NCBI RefSeq assembly: GCF_009914755.1
Contig: NC_060940.1
Origin: the human T2T-CHM13v2.0 reference genome, Homo sapiens
DNA length: 64,000 nucleotides
Strand: one strand, 5' to 3'
Part shown: in pieces, positions 1 to 16,400 of the stretch
Layout of the letters: each line of letters starts with the position of its first letter
Position numbering within the stretch: the stretch's first letter is position 1
Notes under the pieces: generated by a model
What the model was told of the DNA's origin: nothing
The model's database searches: none
Seen by the model: only the letters and a program-made list of their open reading frames with translations
Program-made: the position numbers and the translations under genes

Positions 1-1409
1 TCCTTTCGATGATTCCACTCGACTCCACTCGATGATGATTTCATTCGAGTCCATTCGACACTTCCAATCGATTCCATTTGATGTTTACTTTCGAGTCCAA
101 TTGATGATTCCATTCAATTCCATTCGATGATGATTCCGTACGGTTCCATTCTGTGATGATTCCATGTGATTGCATTGAATGATGATTCCTTTCGATTGCA
201 TTCGATTATGATTCATTTCGTGTTCATTCTATGGTTCCACAGGTTTCCATTCGTGTCCATTCCATTATTCCATTCTATTCCATTTGATGATGATTCCATT
301 CGATTCCATTCATTGGTGATTCCACTCAATTCCATTCAATGATTCCATTCCATTTCTTTCAACAATGATTCCATTACTTTCTAATCGATGATCCACTTGA
401 TTCCATTTGACGATGATTCCATTCTTGTCCATTCGATGATTCCATTTGATTCCATATGATGATGATTCCATTCGATTCCACACGATGATGATTCCATTCG
501 AGTCCATTCAATGGTGATTCCATTCAATTCCATTCGATGATTCCTTTCGATTCCATTCGATGATGATGGCATTCGATTCCTTTCAATCATTCCCTTTGAT
601 TCCATTCAAAGGTGATTTCATTCAAGTCCATTGGATAATTGCATTCGATTCCATTCTATGATGATTCCATTCGAGTCCATTTGATGATTCCATTCAATTC
701 AAGTCAATGATGATTCCATTCGATTCCATTCGATGATTCCATTGGATTTCATTCGATGATAATTCCATTCAAATCCTTTCGATAATTCAATTCAAGTCCA
801 TTCGATGATGATTCCAATCGAATCCATTCAAAGATTCCATTCAGTTCCATTCGATGATTCCCTTAGATTCCATTCGATGATTCCATTCGATTCCATGTGA
901 TGATTCCATTCCATTCTATTCAATGATGTTTCCATTTGATTCCATTCGAGCATGATTGCCTTTGATTCCATTCAATGATTCCATTCGGTTCCTTTTGATG
1001 ATGATTCCGTTCGATTCCATTTGATGATTCCATTTGATTCCATTGGATGAGTCCATTCGATTACATTCGATGATAATTCCATTCGAGTGCATTAGATGAT
1101 TCCATTCGAGTCCATTCGATGATTCCATTCGATTCCATTCGATGTTGATTCTGTTCAAATCCATTCGATGATTCCACTCGATTCCATTCGATGACTCCAT
1201 TTGATCCCATTCGATGATTTCCTGTGATTCCCTTTGATGATCATTCCATTTGATTCAATTCGGTGATTTCATTTGAGTCCATTCAGTGATGTTTCCATTC
1301 GACTCCATTCGATGATGATTCCATTCGACTCCATTCGATTATGATTTCATTCAATTCCATTCGATAATGATTCCCTTCGAGTCCATTCGATGATTCCATT
1401 CGATTCCAT
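1..1409 (+). repeat. 3' part of a full-length-type (~6.1 kb) unit
   Basis: Contains the markers GGTTCCACAGGTTTCC (~233), GATGATGGCATTCG (~564) and CAATTCAAGTCAATG (~695). These also occur at ~27560/33670 in full-length units but are absent from the 4.45-kb units that follow. Confidence 0.85.
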
Positions 1410-4400
1410 TCAACAATGATTTGATTCGTGTCCATTCGATGATTCCATTTGATTCCACTTGATGATGATTCCATTCCTGTCCATTTGATGATTCCATTCA
1501 ATTCCATTCTCTGATGATTTCTTTTGAGCCCATTCAATGCTTCCACTCGATTCCATATGATGATGACTCCATTCGATGAAATTCGATGATGATTCCATTC
1601 GCTTGCTTTCGATGATGATTCCACTTGAGTCCGTTAGAAGATTCTATTCAATTACATTCCATGACGATTCCGTTCGAGTCCATTTGATGATTCCATTAGA
1701 CTCCATTCGACGATGATTCCATTCGATGTTATTCGATGATTCCATTCGATCTCATTCGTTGATGATTCCATTCAACTCCATTCGATGTTTCCATTCGAGT
1801 TCATTCTATTATTCCATTAGATTCCATTCGATGATGTTTCCATTCGTTTCCATTTGATGATTGCATTCTATTTCATTTGATGATGATTCCATTCGAGTCC
1901 ACTCGATGATTCCATTCGAGTCCATTTAATGAATCCATTGGTTTCAATTCTATGATGATTACATTGGATTCCATTCGTTGATGATTTCATTCGGTTCCAT
2001 TCAATGATGATTCTATACAATTCCTTTCAATGTTTCCATTCAATTCCATACGATGATGATTCCATTTGATTTGATTCGACAGTGAGCCATTCGATTCAAT
2101 TCCATGATGATTCTATTTGATTCAATTGGTTGACATTTCCATTCGATTCCATTCGATGATGATTCCCTTTGATTCCATTCAAAGATGATTCCATTCTAGC
2201 CCATTCAATCATTCCATTCGATTCTATTCAATGATGATTCCATTCATGTCGATTTGGTGATTCCATTTGACTTCATTTGATGATGATTCCTTTCAAGTTC
2301 ATTAGATGATTCCATTCGATTCCATTTGATGATGATCCCATTCGAGTCCATTCAGTGATTCCATTCGTTTCCATTCCATGATGATTCCATTCCATTCCAT
2401 TCAATGATTCCATTCGATTCTGTTTGATGATGATTTCATTCGAGTCCATTTGATGATTCCATTTGATTCCATTCGATGATGATTCCATTCGAGTCCATTC
2501 GATGATTCTATTCGAATCCACTTGATGATTTCTTTTGATTATAGTTGGTGATGATTCCTTTGGAGTCCATTCAATGATTCCATTCGATTCCAATCGATGG
2601 TGATTCCATTAGAGTCCATTTAATGATTCCATTTGATTCCAGTCTCTGATGATTACATTCGAGTCCATACGATGATTCCACTCAATTCCATATGATGATG
2701 ATTCCATTCGATTCCATTCGATGATTCCATTCTATTCTATTCAATGGTGATTCCATTCGAGTACATTAGATGATTCCATTCGATTCCATTCAATGATGAT
2801 TCTATTTGTGTCCCTTAGATGATTCCACATGATTCCATTAGATGATGATACTATTTGAGCCCATCCAATGATTCCCTTCGATTCCATTCGATGAGGATTC
2901 CATTCGATTCAATTCATTGGTGGTTCTATTCAATTCAATTCTTTGATTCCATTGCATTCCATTCGACAATGATTCCATTCGATTTCTTTTGATGATTCCA
3001 CTCGATTCCACTTGACATTGATTCCATTCGATTCCATTCAATGATTCCATTTGATTCCAGTGGATGATGATTGCCATCGATTCCATTCGATCACTCCATT
3101 CTATTCCATTTGATGATGATTACATTCGATTCCATTTGATGATTCCATCTGATTCTATTCGAGGATTCCATTTGATTCCATTCGCTGATGATTCCATTCG
3201 AGTCCATTCGATGATTTCATTCGAGTACATCCAATGATTCCATTCGAGTCCATTTGATGATTCCATTTGATTCCATTTGATTATGATTCTACTAGAGTCC
3301 ATTCAATGACTCCATTCGAGTCCATTCAACAATTCCATCCGAGTCCATTCGATGATTCCATTCGATTCCATTTGATGATTCCATTCGAGTCCATTTGGTG
3401 ATTCCACTGGATTTCTTTTGATAATGATACCATTCAATTACATTTGATGATGATCCCATTCAATTTCATTTGATGATGATTCCATTAGAGTCCATTCGAT
3501 GATTTCATTCGAGTCCCTTCATTGATTCCATCCGATTTCATTGGATGATGACTCCATTCGAGTCCATTCGATGATTCCACTCGATTCCATTAGATGATTC
3601 CATTGGAGTCCATTTGATTGTTCCATTCGATTCTATTCGATTCCTTTCGAAGATTATTCCATTTGAGTCCATTCGATGATGATTCCATTCCATTCCATTC
3701 GATGATTCCGTTTGATTCCATTCGATGCTTCCCTTCGATTCCTTTCTTTGATGATTCCATTCCATTCCATTCAATGATTCCATTCGAATCTATTCCATGA
3801 TGATTCCTTTCGATTCCATTCGCTGATGTTTCCGTTCAATTCCATTCGATGATGATTCCATTCGATTCCATTCATTGAGGATTCCATTTCATTCCATTCA
3901 ATGATGATTCCATTCTATTCCATTCAATGATTGCATTCAATTCCATTCAATGATCATCCCCTTAGAGTAAACTCAACGATTCCGTTCAATACCATTCGAT
4001 GATGATTCCTTTTGAGTCCATTCAATGATTTCGTTCAAGTCCATTTGATGATTCCTTTCAATTCCATTCTATGATGATTCCATTCGAGTCCATTCGATGA
4101 TTCCATTCGATTACATTCGTCGATTCCATTATATTCCATTCAACGATGATTCCATTCGAGTCCATTCGATGATTCCATTAGAGTACATTTAATGATTGCT
4201 TTGTTTTCAATTCGAAGATGATTACATTGGATTCCATTCTATGATACCATTCGATTCCATTCAATGATGATTCCACTCAAATCCATTGGATGATTCCATT
4301 CGTGTCCATTCGGTGATTTCATTAGATTCCATTCGAGGATGATTCCATTCGATTCCATTCGATGATTCCATTCAATTCCATTCGATGATGATTCCATTCG

Positions 4401-7400
4401 AGTCCATATGATCATTCCATTTGATTTCATTCGATGATGATTCCATTCGATTCCATTCGAAGATTCCATTCTATTCCATTCGATGATGATTCCATTCGAG
4501 TCCATTCGATGATTCCATTCGAGTCCATTTAATGATTCCATTGTGTTCAATTCAATGACGATTACATTGGATTCCGTTCTATGATTCCATTCAATTCCGT
4601 TCATTGACAATTTGATTCCATTCGATGATGATTCCATTTGAGTTCATTCGATGATTCTATTCGATTCTCTTCGATGGTGATTCAATTCTATTATATTGGA
4701 TGAATCCATTCGATTCCATTTGATGTTGATTCAATTCGATTCTATTCGATGATGATTCCATTGGATTTCACTTGATGATTCTATTCGATTCCATTCAATG
4801 ATGATTCACTTCTCGTCCATTGGATGATTCCATTTCATTCCATTCGATGATGATTCCATTCGATTCCATTCGATGATTCCATTTGATTCCATGCGACGGT
4901 GAGCAATTCGATTCAATTCCATGATGATTCTATTTGATTCAATTAGATGATGTTTCCATTCGAATTCGTTCCATGATTATTCCATTGGAATCCATTCGGC
5001 GATGATTCCATATGAGTCAATTCAATGATGATTCCATATGGGTCCGTTCGATGATAATTCCATTTGATTTCATTCGATGCTTCTATTCAATTCCAGTCGA
5101 TGATGATTCCGTTGGAGTCCATACGATGATTCCATTTGATTTCATTTGATGATGATTCCATTCGATGATGATTACATTGGATTCCATTATATGATTCCAT
5201 TCAATTCCATTCGTTGATGATTCGATTCCATTCAATGATGATTCCATTTGAGTTCATTCGATGATTCCATTCGATTCCATTCGATGATGATTGGATTCGA
5301 TTCCATTTGATTATTTCATTTCATTCCATTCGTTAATGATTTCGATCAATTCCATTCAATGATTCCATTCGATTCCATTCGATAATGATTACATCCGAGT
5401 CCATTCGATGATTCCATTTGAGCCTGTTCGATAATTCCATTTGAGTCCAACCAATGATTCCATTCATTTCCATTCAATGATTCCATTCGAGTCCATTTGA
5501 TCATTCCGGTAGGGTCCATTCGATGTTGATTCCATTGGAGTGCATTAGATGATTCCATTCGAGTCCATTCGATGATTCCATTCGATTCCATTCGATGTTG
5601 ATTCTGTTCAAATCCATTCGATGATTCCACTCGATTCCATTTGATGACTCCATTTGATCCCATTCGATGATTTCCTTTGATTCCCTTTGATGATCATTCC
5701 ATTTGATTCAATTCGGTGATTTCATTTGATTCCATTCAGTGATGTTTCCATTCGACTCCATTCGATGATGATTCCATTCGACTCCATTCGATTATGATTT
5801 CATTCAATTCCATTCGATAATGATTCCCTTCGAGTCCATTCGATGATTCCATTCGATTCCATTCAACGATGATTTGATTCGTGTCCATTCGATGATTCCA
5901 TTTGATTCCACTTGATGATGATTCCATTCGAGTCCATTTGATGATTCCATTCAATTCCATTCTCCGAAGATTTCTTTTGAGCCCACTCAATGCTTCCACT
6001 CGATTCCATATGATGATGACTCCATTCGATGAAATTCGATGATGATTCCATTCGCTTGCTTTCGATGATGATTCCACTTGAGTCCGTTAGAAGATTCTAT
6101 TCAATTACATTCCATGACGATTCCGTTCGAGTCCATTTGATGATTCCATTAGACTCCATTCGACGATGATTCCATTCGATGTTATTCGATGATTCCATTC
6201 GATCTCATTCGTTGATGATTCCATTCAACTCCATTCGATGTTTCCATTCGAGTTCATTCTATTATTCCATTAGATTCCATTCGATGATGATTCCATTCGA
6301 TTCCATTTGATGATTGCATTCTATTTCATTTGATGATGATTCCATTCGAGTCCACTCGATGATTCCATTCGAGTCCATTTAATGAATCCATTGGTTTCAA
6401 TTCTATGATGATTACATTGGATTCCATTCGTTGATGATTTCATTCGGTTCCATTCAATGATGATTCCATTCAATTCCTTTCAATGTTTCCATTCAATTCC
6501 ATACGATGATGATTCCATTTGATTTGATTCGACAGTGAGCCATTCGATTCAATTCCATGATGATTCTATTTGATTCAATTGGTTGACATTTCCATTCGAT
6601 TCCATTCGATGATGATTCCCTTTGATTCCATTCAAAGATGATTCCATTCTAGCCCATTCAATCATTCCATTCGATTCTATTCAATGATGATTCCATTCAT
6701 GTCGATTTGGTGATTCCATTTGACTTCATTTGATGATGATTCCTTTCAAGTTCATTAGATGATTCCATTCGATTCCATTTGATGATGATCCCATTCGAGT
6801 CCATTCAGTGATTCCATTCGTTTCCATTCCATGATGATTCCATTCCATTCCATTCAATGATTCCATTCGATTCTGTTTGATGATGATTTCATTCGAGTCC
6901 ATTTGATGATTCCATTTGATTCCATTCGATGATGATTCCATTCGAGTCCATTCGATGATTCTATTCGAATCCACTTGATGATTTCTTTTGATTATAGTTG
7001 GTGATGATTCCTTTGGAGTCCATTCAATGATTCCATTCGATTCCAATCGATGGTGATTCCATTAGAGTCCATTTAATGATTCCATTTGATTCCAGTCTCT
7101 GATGATTACATTCGAGTCCATACGATGATTCCACTCAATTCCATATGATGATGATTCCATTCGATTCCATTCGATGATTCCATTCTATTCTATTCAATGG
7201 TGATTCCATTCGAGTACATTAGATGATTCCATTCGATTCCATTCAATGATGATTCTATTTGTGTCCCTTAGATGATTCCACATGATTCCATTAGATGATG
7301 ATACTATTTGAGCCCATCCAATGATTCCCTTCGATTCCATTCGATGAGGATTCCATTCGATTCAATTCATTGGTGGTTCTATTCAATTCAATTCTTTGAT

Positions 7401-10400
7401 TCCATTGCATTCCATTCGACAATGATTCCATTCGATTTCTTTTGATGATTCCACTCGATTCCACTTGACATTGATTCCATTCGATTCCATTCAATGATTC
7501 CATTTGATTCCAGTGGATGATGATTGCCATCGATTCCATTCGATCACTCCATTCTATTCCATTTGATGATGATTACATTCGATTCCATTTGATGATTCCA
7601 TCTGATTCTATTCGAGGATTCCATTTGATTCCATTCGCTGATGATTCCATTCGAGTCCATTCGATGATTTCATTCGAGTACATCCAATGATTCCATTCGA
7701 GTCCATTTGATGATTCCATTTGATTCCATTTGATTATGATTCTACTAGAGTCCATTCAATGACTCCATTCGAGTCCATTCAACAATTCCATCCGAGTCCA
7801 TTCGATGATTCCATTCGATTCCATTTGATGATTCCATTCGAGTCCATTTGGTGATTCCACTGGATTTCTTTTGATAATGATACCATTCAATTTCATTTGA
7901 TGATGATCCCATTCAATTTCATTTGATGATGATTCCATTAGAGTCCATTCGATGATTTCATTCGAGTCCCTTCATTGATTCCATCCGATTTCATTGGATG
8001 ATGACTCCATTCGAGTCCATTCGATGATTCCACTCGATTCCATTAGATGATTCCATTGGAGTCCATTTGATTGTTCCATTCGATTCCATTCGATTCCTTT
8101 CGAAGATTATTCCATTTGAGTCCATTCGATGATGATTCCATTCCATTCCATTCGATGATTCCGTTTGATTCCATTCGATGCTTCCCTTCGATTCCTTTCT
8201 TTGATGATTCCATTCCATTCCATTCAATGATTCCATTCGAATCTATTCCATGATGATTCCTTTCGATTCCATTCGCTGATGTTTCCGTTCAATTCCATTC
8301 GATGATGATTCCATTCGATTCCATTCATTGAGGATTCCATTTCATTCCATTCAATGATGATTCCATTCTATTCCATTCAATGATTGCATTCAATTCCATT
8401 CAATGATCATCCCCTTAGAGTAAACTCAACGATTCCATTCAATACCATTCGATGATGATTCCTTTTGAGTCCATTCAATGATTTCGTTCAAGTCCATTTG
8501 ATGATTCCTTTCAATTCCATTCTATGATGATTCCATTCGAGTCCATTCGATGATTCCATTCGATTACATTCGTCGATTCCATTATATTCCATTCAACGAT
8601 GATTCCATTCGAGTCCATTCGATGATTCCATTAGAGTACATTTAATGATTGCTTTGTTTTCAATTCGAAGATGATTACATTGGATTCCATTCTATGATAC
8701 CATTCGATTCCATTCAATGATGATTCCACTCAAATCCATTGGATGATTCCATTCGTGTCCATTCGGTGATTTCATTAGATTCCATTCGAGGATGATTCCA
8801 TTCGATTCCATTCGATGATTCCATTCAATTCCATTCGATGATGATTCCATTCGAGTCCATATGATCATTCCATTTGATTTCATTCGATGATGATTCCATT
8901 CGATTCCATTCGAAGATTCCATTCTATTCCATTCGATGATGATTCCATTCGAGTCCATTCGATGATTCCATTCGAGTCCATTTAATGATTCCATTGTGTT
9001 CAATTCAATGACGATTACATTGGATTCCGTTCTATGATTCCATTCAATTCCGTTCATTGACAATTTGATTCCATTCGATGATGATTCCATTTGAGTTCAT
9101 TCGATGATTCTATTCGATTCTCTTCGATGGTGATTCAATTCTATTATATTGGATGAATCCATTCGATTCCATTTGATGTTGATTCAATTCGATTCTATTC
9201 GATGATGATTCCATTGGATTTCACTTGATGATTCTATTCGATTCCATTCAATGATGATTCACTTCTCGTCCATTGGATGATTCCATTTCATTCCATTCGA
9301 TGATGATTCCATTCGATTCCATTCGATGATTCCATTTGATTCCATGCGACGGTGAGCAATTCGATTCAATTCCATGATGATTCTATTTGATTCAATTAGA
9401 TGATGTTTCCATTCGAATTCGTTCCATGATTATTCCATTGGAATCCATTCGGCGATGATTCCATATGAGTCAATTCAATGATGATTCCATATGGGTCCGT
9501 TCGATGATAATTCCATTTGATTTCATTCGATGCTTCTATTGTATTCCAGTCGATGATGATTCCGTTGGAGTCCATACGATGATTCCATTTGATTTCATTT
9601 GATGATGATTCCATTCGATGATGATTACATTGGATTCCATTATATGATTCCATTCAATTCCATTCGTTGATGATTCGATTCCATTCAATGATGATTCCAT
9701 TTGAGTTCATTCGATGATTCCATTCGATTCCATTCGATGATGATTGGATTCGATTCCATTTGATTATTTCATTTCATTCCATTCGTTAATGATTTCGATC
9801 AATTCCATTCAATGATTCCATTCGATTCCATTCGATAATGATTACATCCGAGTCCATTCGATGATTCCATTTGAGCCTGTTCGATAATTCCATTTGAGTC
9901 CAACCAATGATTCCATTCATTTCCATTCAATGATTCCATTCGAGTCCATTTGATCATTCCGGTAGGGTCCATTCGATGTTGATTCCATTGGAGTGCATTA
10001 GATGATTCCATTCGAGTCCATTCGATGATTCCATTCGATTCCATTCGATGTTGATTCTGTTCAAATCCATTCGATGATTCCACTCGATTCCATTTGATGA
10101 CTCCATTTGATCCCATTCGATGATTTCCTTTGATTCCCTTTGATGATCATTCCATTTGATTCAATTCGGTGATTTCATTTGATTCCATTCAGTGATGTTT
10201 CCATTCGACTCCATTCGATGATGATTCCATTCGACTCCATTCGATTATGATTTCATTCAATTCCATTCGATAATGATTCCCTTCGAGTCCATTCGATGAT
10301 TCCATTCGATTCCATTCAACGATGATTTGATTCGTGTCCATTCGATGATTCCATTTGATTCCACTTGATGATGATTCCATTCGAGTCCATTTGATGATTC

Positions 10401-13400
10401 CATTCAATTCCATTCTCCGAAGATTTCTTTTGAGCCCACTCAATGCTTCCACTCGATTCCATATGATGATGACTCCATTCGATGAAATTCGATGATGATT
10501 CCATTCGCTTGCTTTCGATGATGATTCCACTTGAGTCCGTTAGAAGATTCTATTCAATTACATTCCATGACGATTCCGTTCGAGTCCATTTGATGATTCC
10601 ATTAGACTCCATTCGACGATGATTCCATTCGATGTTATTCGATGATTCCATTCGATCTCATTCGTTGATGATTCCATTCAACTCCATTCGATGTTTCCAT
10701 TCGAGTTCATTCTATTATTCCATTAGATTCCATTCGATGATGATTCCATTCGATTCCATTTGATGATTGCATTCTATTTCATTTGATGATGATTCCATTC
10801 GAGTCCACTCGATGATTCCATTCGAGTCCATTTAATGAATCCATTGGTTTCAATTCTATGATGATTACATTGGATTCCATTCGTTGATGATTTCATTCGG
10901 TTCCATTCAATGATGATTCCATTCAATTCCTTTCAATGTTTCCATTCAATTCCATACGATGATGATTCCATTTGATTTGATTCGACAGTGAGCCATTCGA
11001 TTCAATTCCATGATGATTCTATTTGATTCAATTGGTTGACATTTCCATTCGATTCCATTCGATGATGATTCCCTTTGATTCCATTCAAAGATGATTCCAT
11101 TCTAGCCCATTCAATCATTCCATTCGATTCTATTCAATGATGATTCCATTCATGTCGATTTGGTGATTCCATTTGACTTCATTTGATGATGATTCCTTTC
11201 AAGTTCATTAGATGATTCCATTCGATTCCATTTGATGATGATCCCATTCGAGTCCATTCAGTGATTCCATTCGTTTCCATTCCATGATGATTCCATTCCA
11301 TTCCATTCAATGATTCCATTCGATTCTGTTTGATGATGATTTCATTCGAGTCCATTTGATGATTCCATTTGATTCCATTCGATGATGATTCCATTCGAGT
11401 CCATTCGATGATTCTATTCGAATCCACTTGATGATTTCTTTTGATTATAGTTGGTGATGATTCCTTTGGAGTCCATTCAATGATTCCATTCGATTCCAAT
11501 CGATGGTGATTCCATTAGAGTCCATTTAATGATTCCATTTGATTCCAGTCTCTGATGATTACATTCGAGTCCATACGATGATTCCACTCAATTCCATATG
11601 ATGATGATTCCATTCGATTCCATTCGATGATTCCATTCTATTCTATTCAATGGTGATTCCATTCGAGTACATTAGATGATTCCATTCGATTCCATTCAAT
11701 GATGATTCTATTTGTGTCCCTTAGATGATTCCACATGATTCCATTAGATGATGATACTATTTGAGCCCATCCAATGATTCCCTTCGATTCCATTCGATGA
11801 GGATTCCATTCGATTCAATTCATTGGTGGTTCTATTCAATTCAATTCTTTGATTCCATTGCATTCCATTCGACAATGATTCCATTCGATTTCTTTTGATG
11901 ATTCCACTCGATTCCACTTGACATTGATTCCATTCGATTCCATTCAATGATTCCATTTGATTCCAGTGGATGATGATTGCCATCGATTCCATTCGATCAC
12001 TCCATTCTATTCCATTTGATGATGATTACATTCGATTCCATTTGATGATTCCATCTGATTCTATTCGAGGATTCCATTTGATTCCATTCGCTGATGATTC
12101 CATTCGAGTCCATTCGATGATTTCATTCGAGTACATCCAATGATTCCATTCGAGTCCATTTGATGATTCCATTTGATTCCATTTGATTATGATTCTACTA
12201 GAGTCCATTCAATGACTCCATTCGAGTCCATTCAACAATTCCATCCGAGTCCATTCGATGATTCCATTCGATTCCATTTGATGATTCCATTCGAGTCCAT
12301 TTGGTGATTCCACTGGATTTCTTTTGATAATGATACCATTCAATTACATTTGATGATGATCCCATTCAATTTCATTTGATGATGATTCCATTAGAGTCCA
12401 TTCGATGATTTCATTCGAGTCCCTTCATTGATTCCATCCGATTTCATTGGATGATGACTCCATTCGAGTCCATTCGATGATTCCACTCGATTCCATTAGA
12501 TGATTCCATTGGAGTCCATTTGATTGTTCCATTCGATTCCATTCGATTCCTTTCGAAGATTATTCCATTTGAGTCCATTCGATGATGATTCCATTCCATT
12601 CCATTCGATGATTCCGTTTGATTCCATTCGATGCTTCCCTTCGATTCCTTTCTTTGATGATTCCATTCCATTCCATTCAATGATTCCATTCGAATCTATT
12701 CCATGATGATTCCTTTCGATTCCATTCGCTGATGTTTCCGTTCAATTCCATTCGATGATGATTCCATTCGATTCCATTCATTGAGGATTCCATTTCATTC
12801 CATTCAATGATGATTCCATTCTATTCCATTCAATGATTGCATTCAATTCCATTCAATGATCATCCCCTTAGAGTAAACTCAACGATTCCATTCAATACCA
12901 TTCGATGATGATTCCTTTTGAGTCCATTCAATGATTTCGTTCAAGTCCATTTCATGATTCCTTTCAATTCCATTCTATGATGATTCCATTCGAGTCCATT
13001 CGATGATTCCATTCGATTACATTCGTCGATTCCATTATATTCCATTCAACGATGATTCCATTCGAGTCCATTCGATGATTCCATTAGAGTACATTTAATG
13101 ATTGCTTTGTTTTCAATTCGAAGATGATTACATTGGATTCCATTCTATGATACCATTCGATTCCATTCAATGATGATTCCACTCAAATCCATTGGATGAT
13201 TCCATTCGTGTCCATTCGGTGATTTCATTAGATTCCATTCGAGGATGATTCCATTCGATTCCATTCGATGATTCCATTCAATTCCATTCGATGATGATTC
13301 CATTCGAGTCCATATGATCATTCCATTTGATTTCATTCGATGATGATTCCATTCGATTCCATTCGAAGATTCCATTCTATTCCATTCGATGATGATTCCA

Positions 13401-16400
13401 TTCGAGTCCATTCGATGATTCCATTCGAGTCCATTTAATGATTCCATTGTGTTCAATTCAATGACGATTACATTGGATTCCGTTCTATGATTCCATTCAA
13501 TTCCGTTCATTGACAATTTGATTCCATTCGATGATGATTCCATTTGAGTTCATTCGATGATTCTATTCGATTCTCTTCGATGGTGATTCAATTCTATTAT
13601 ATTGGATGAATCCATTCGATTCCATTTGATGTTGATTCAATTCGATTCTATTCGATGATGATTCCATTGGATTTCACTTGATGATTCTATTCGATTCCAT
13701 TCAATGATGATTCACTTCTCGTCCATTGGATGATTCCATTTCATTCCATTCGATGATGATTCCATTCGATTCCATTCGATGATTCCATTTGATTCCATGC
13801 GACGGTGAGCAATTCGATTCAATTCCATGATGATTCTATTTGATTCAATTAGATGATGTTTCCATTCGAATTCGTTCCATGATTATTCCATTGGAATCCA
13901 TTCGGCGATGATTCCATATGAGTCAATTCAATGATGATTCCATATGGGTCCGTTCGATGATAATTCCATTTGATTTCATTCGATGCTTCTATTGTATTCC
14001 AGTCGATGATGATTCCGTTGGAGTCCATACGATGATTCCATTTGATTTCATTTGATGATGATTCCATTCGATGATGATTACATTGGATTCCATTCTATGA
14101 TTCCATTCAATTCCATTCGTTGATGATTCGATTCCATTCAATGATGATTCCATTTGAGTTCATTCGATGATTCCATTCGATTCCATTCGATGATGATTGG
14201 ATTCGATTCCATTTGATTATTTCATTTCATTCCATTCGTTAATGATTTCGATCAATTCCATTCAATGATTCCATTCGATTCCATTCGATAATGATTACAT
14301 CCGAGTCCATTCGATGATTCCATTTGAGCCTGTTCGATAATTCCATTTGAGTCCAACCAATGATTCCATTCATTTCCATTCAATGATTCCATTCGAGTCC
14401 ATTTGATCATTCCGGTAGGGTCCATTCGATGTTGATTCCATTGGAGTGCATTAGATGATTCCATTCGAGTCCATTCGATGATTCCATTCGATTCCATTCG
14501 ATGTTGATTCTGTTCAAATCCATTCGATGATTCCACTCGATTCCATTTGATGACTCCATTTGATCCCATTCGATGATTTCCTTTGATTCCCTTTGATGAT
14601 CATTCCATTTGATTCAATTCGGTGATTTCATTTGATTCCATTCAGTGATGTTTCCATTCGACTCCATTCGATGATGATTCCATTCGACTCCATTCGATTA
14701 TGATTTCATTCAATTCCATTCGATAATGATTCCCTTCGAGTCCATTCGATGATTCCATTCGATTCCATTCAACGATGATTTGATTCGTGTCCATTCGATG
14801 ATTCCATTTGATTCCACTTGATGATGATTCCATTCGAGTCCATTTGATGATTCCATTCAATTCCATTCTCCGAAGATTTCTTTTGAGCCCACTCAATGCT
14901 TCCACTCGATTCCATATGATGATGACTCCATTCGATGAAATTCGATGATGATTCCATTCGCTTGCTTTCGATGATGATTCCACTTGAGTCCGTTAGAAGA
15001 TTCTATTCAATTACATTCCATGACGATTCCGTTCGAGTCCATTTGATGATTCCATTAGACTCCATTCGACGATGATTCCATTCGATGTTATTCGATGATT
15101 CCATTCGATCTCATTCGTTGATGATTCCATTCAACTCCATTCGATGTTTCCATTCGAGTTCATTCTATTATTCCATTAGATTCCATTCGATGATGATTCC
15201 ATTCGATTCCATTTGATGATTGCATTCTATTTCATTTGATGATGATTCCATTCGAGTCCACTCGATGATTCCATTCGAGTCCATTTAATGAATCCATTGG
15301 TTTCAATTCTATGATGATTACATTGGATTCCATTCGTTGATGATTTCATTCGGTTCCATTCAATGATGATTCCATTCAATTCCTTTCAATGTTTCCATTC
15401 AATTCCATACGATGATGATTCCATTTGATTTGATTCGACAGTGAGCCATTCGATTCAATTCCATGATGATTCTATTTGATTCAATTGGTTGACATTTCCA
15501 TTCGATTCCATTCGATGATGATTCCCTTTGATTCCATTCAAAGATGATTCCATTCTAGCCCATTCAATCATTCCATTCGATTCTATTCAATGATGATTCC
15601 ATTCATGTCGATTTGGTGATTCCATTTGACTTCATTTGATGATGATTCCTTTCAAGTTCATTAGATGATTCCATTCGATTCCATTTGATGATGATCCCAT
15701 TCGAGTCCATTCAGTGATTCCATTCGTTTCCATTCCATGATGATTCCATTCCATTCCATGCAATGATTCCATTCGATTCCGTTTGATGATGATTTCATTC
15801 GAGTCCATTTGATGATTCCATTTGATTCCATTCGATGATGATTCCATTCGAGTCCATTCGATGATTCTATTCGAATCCATTTGATGATTTCTTTTGATTA
15901 TAGTTGGTGATGATTCCATTGGAGTCCATTCAATGATTCCATTCGATTCCAATCGATGGTGATTCCATTAGAGTCCATTTAATGATTCCATTTGATTCCA
16001 GTCTCTGATGATTACATTCGAGTCCATACGATGATTCCACTCAATTCCATATGATGATGATTCCATTCGATTCCATTCGATGATTCCATTCTATTCTATT
16101 CAATGGTGATTCCATTCGAGTACATTAGATGATTCCATTCGATTCCATTCAATGATGATTCTATTTGTGTCCCTTAGATGATTCCACATGATTCCATTAG
16201 ATGATGATACTATTTGAGCCCATCCAATGATTCCCTTCGATTCCATTCGATGAGGATTCCATTCGATTCAATTCATTGGTGATTCTATTCAATTCAATTC
16301 TTTGATTCCATTGCATTCCATTCGACAATGATTCCATTCGATTTCTTTCGATGATTCCACTCGATTCCACTTGACATTGATTCCATTCGATTCCATTCAA

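Noticed and set aside
3955-3980. Atypical islands such as CATCCCCTTAGAGTAAACTCAACG or CCGGTAGGGTCC as possible insertions or hairpins
   Set aside because: They align to diverged monomers, recur in each unit, have no target-site duplication, and any stem (GAGT-AA-ACTC) is too short to be meaningful.
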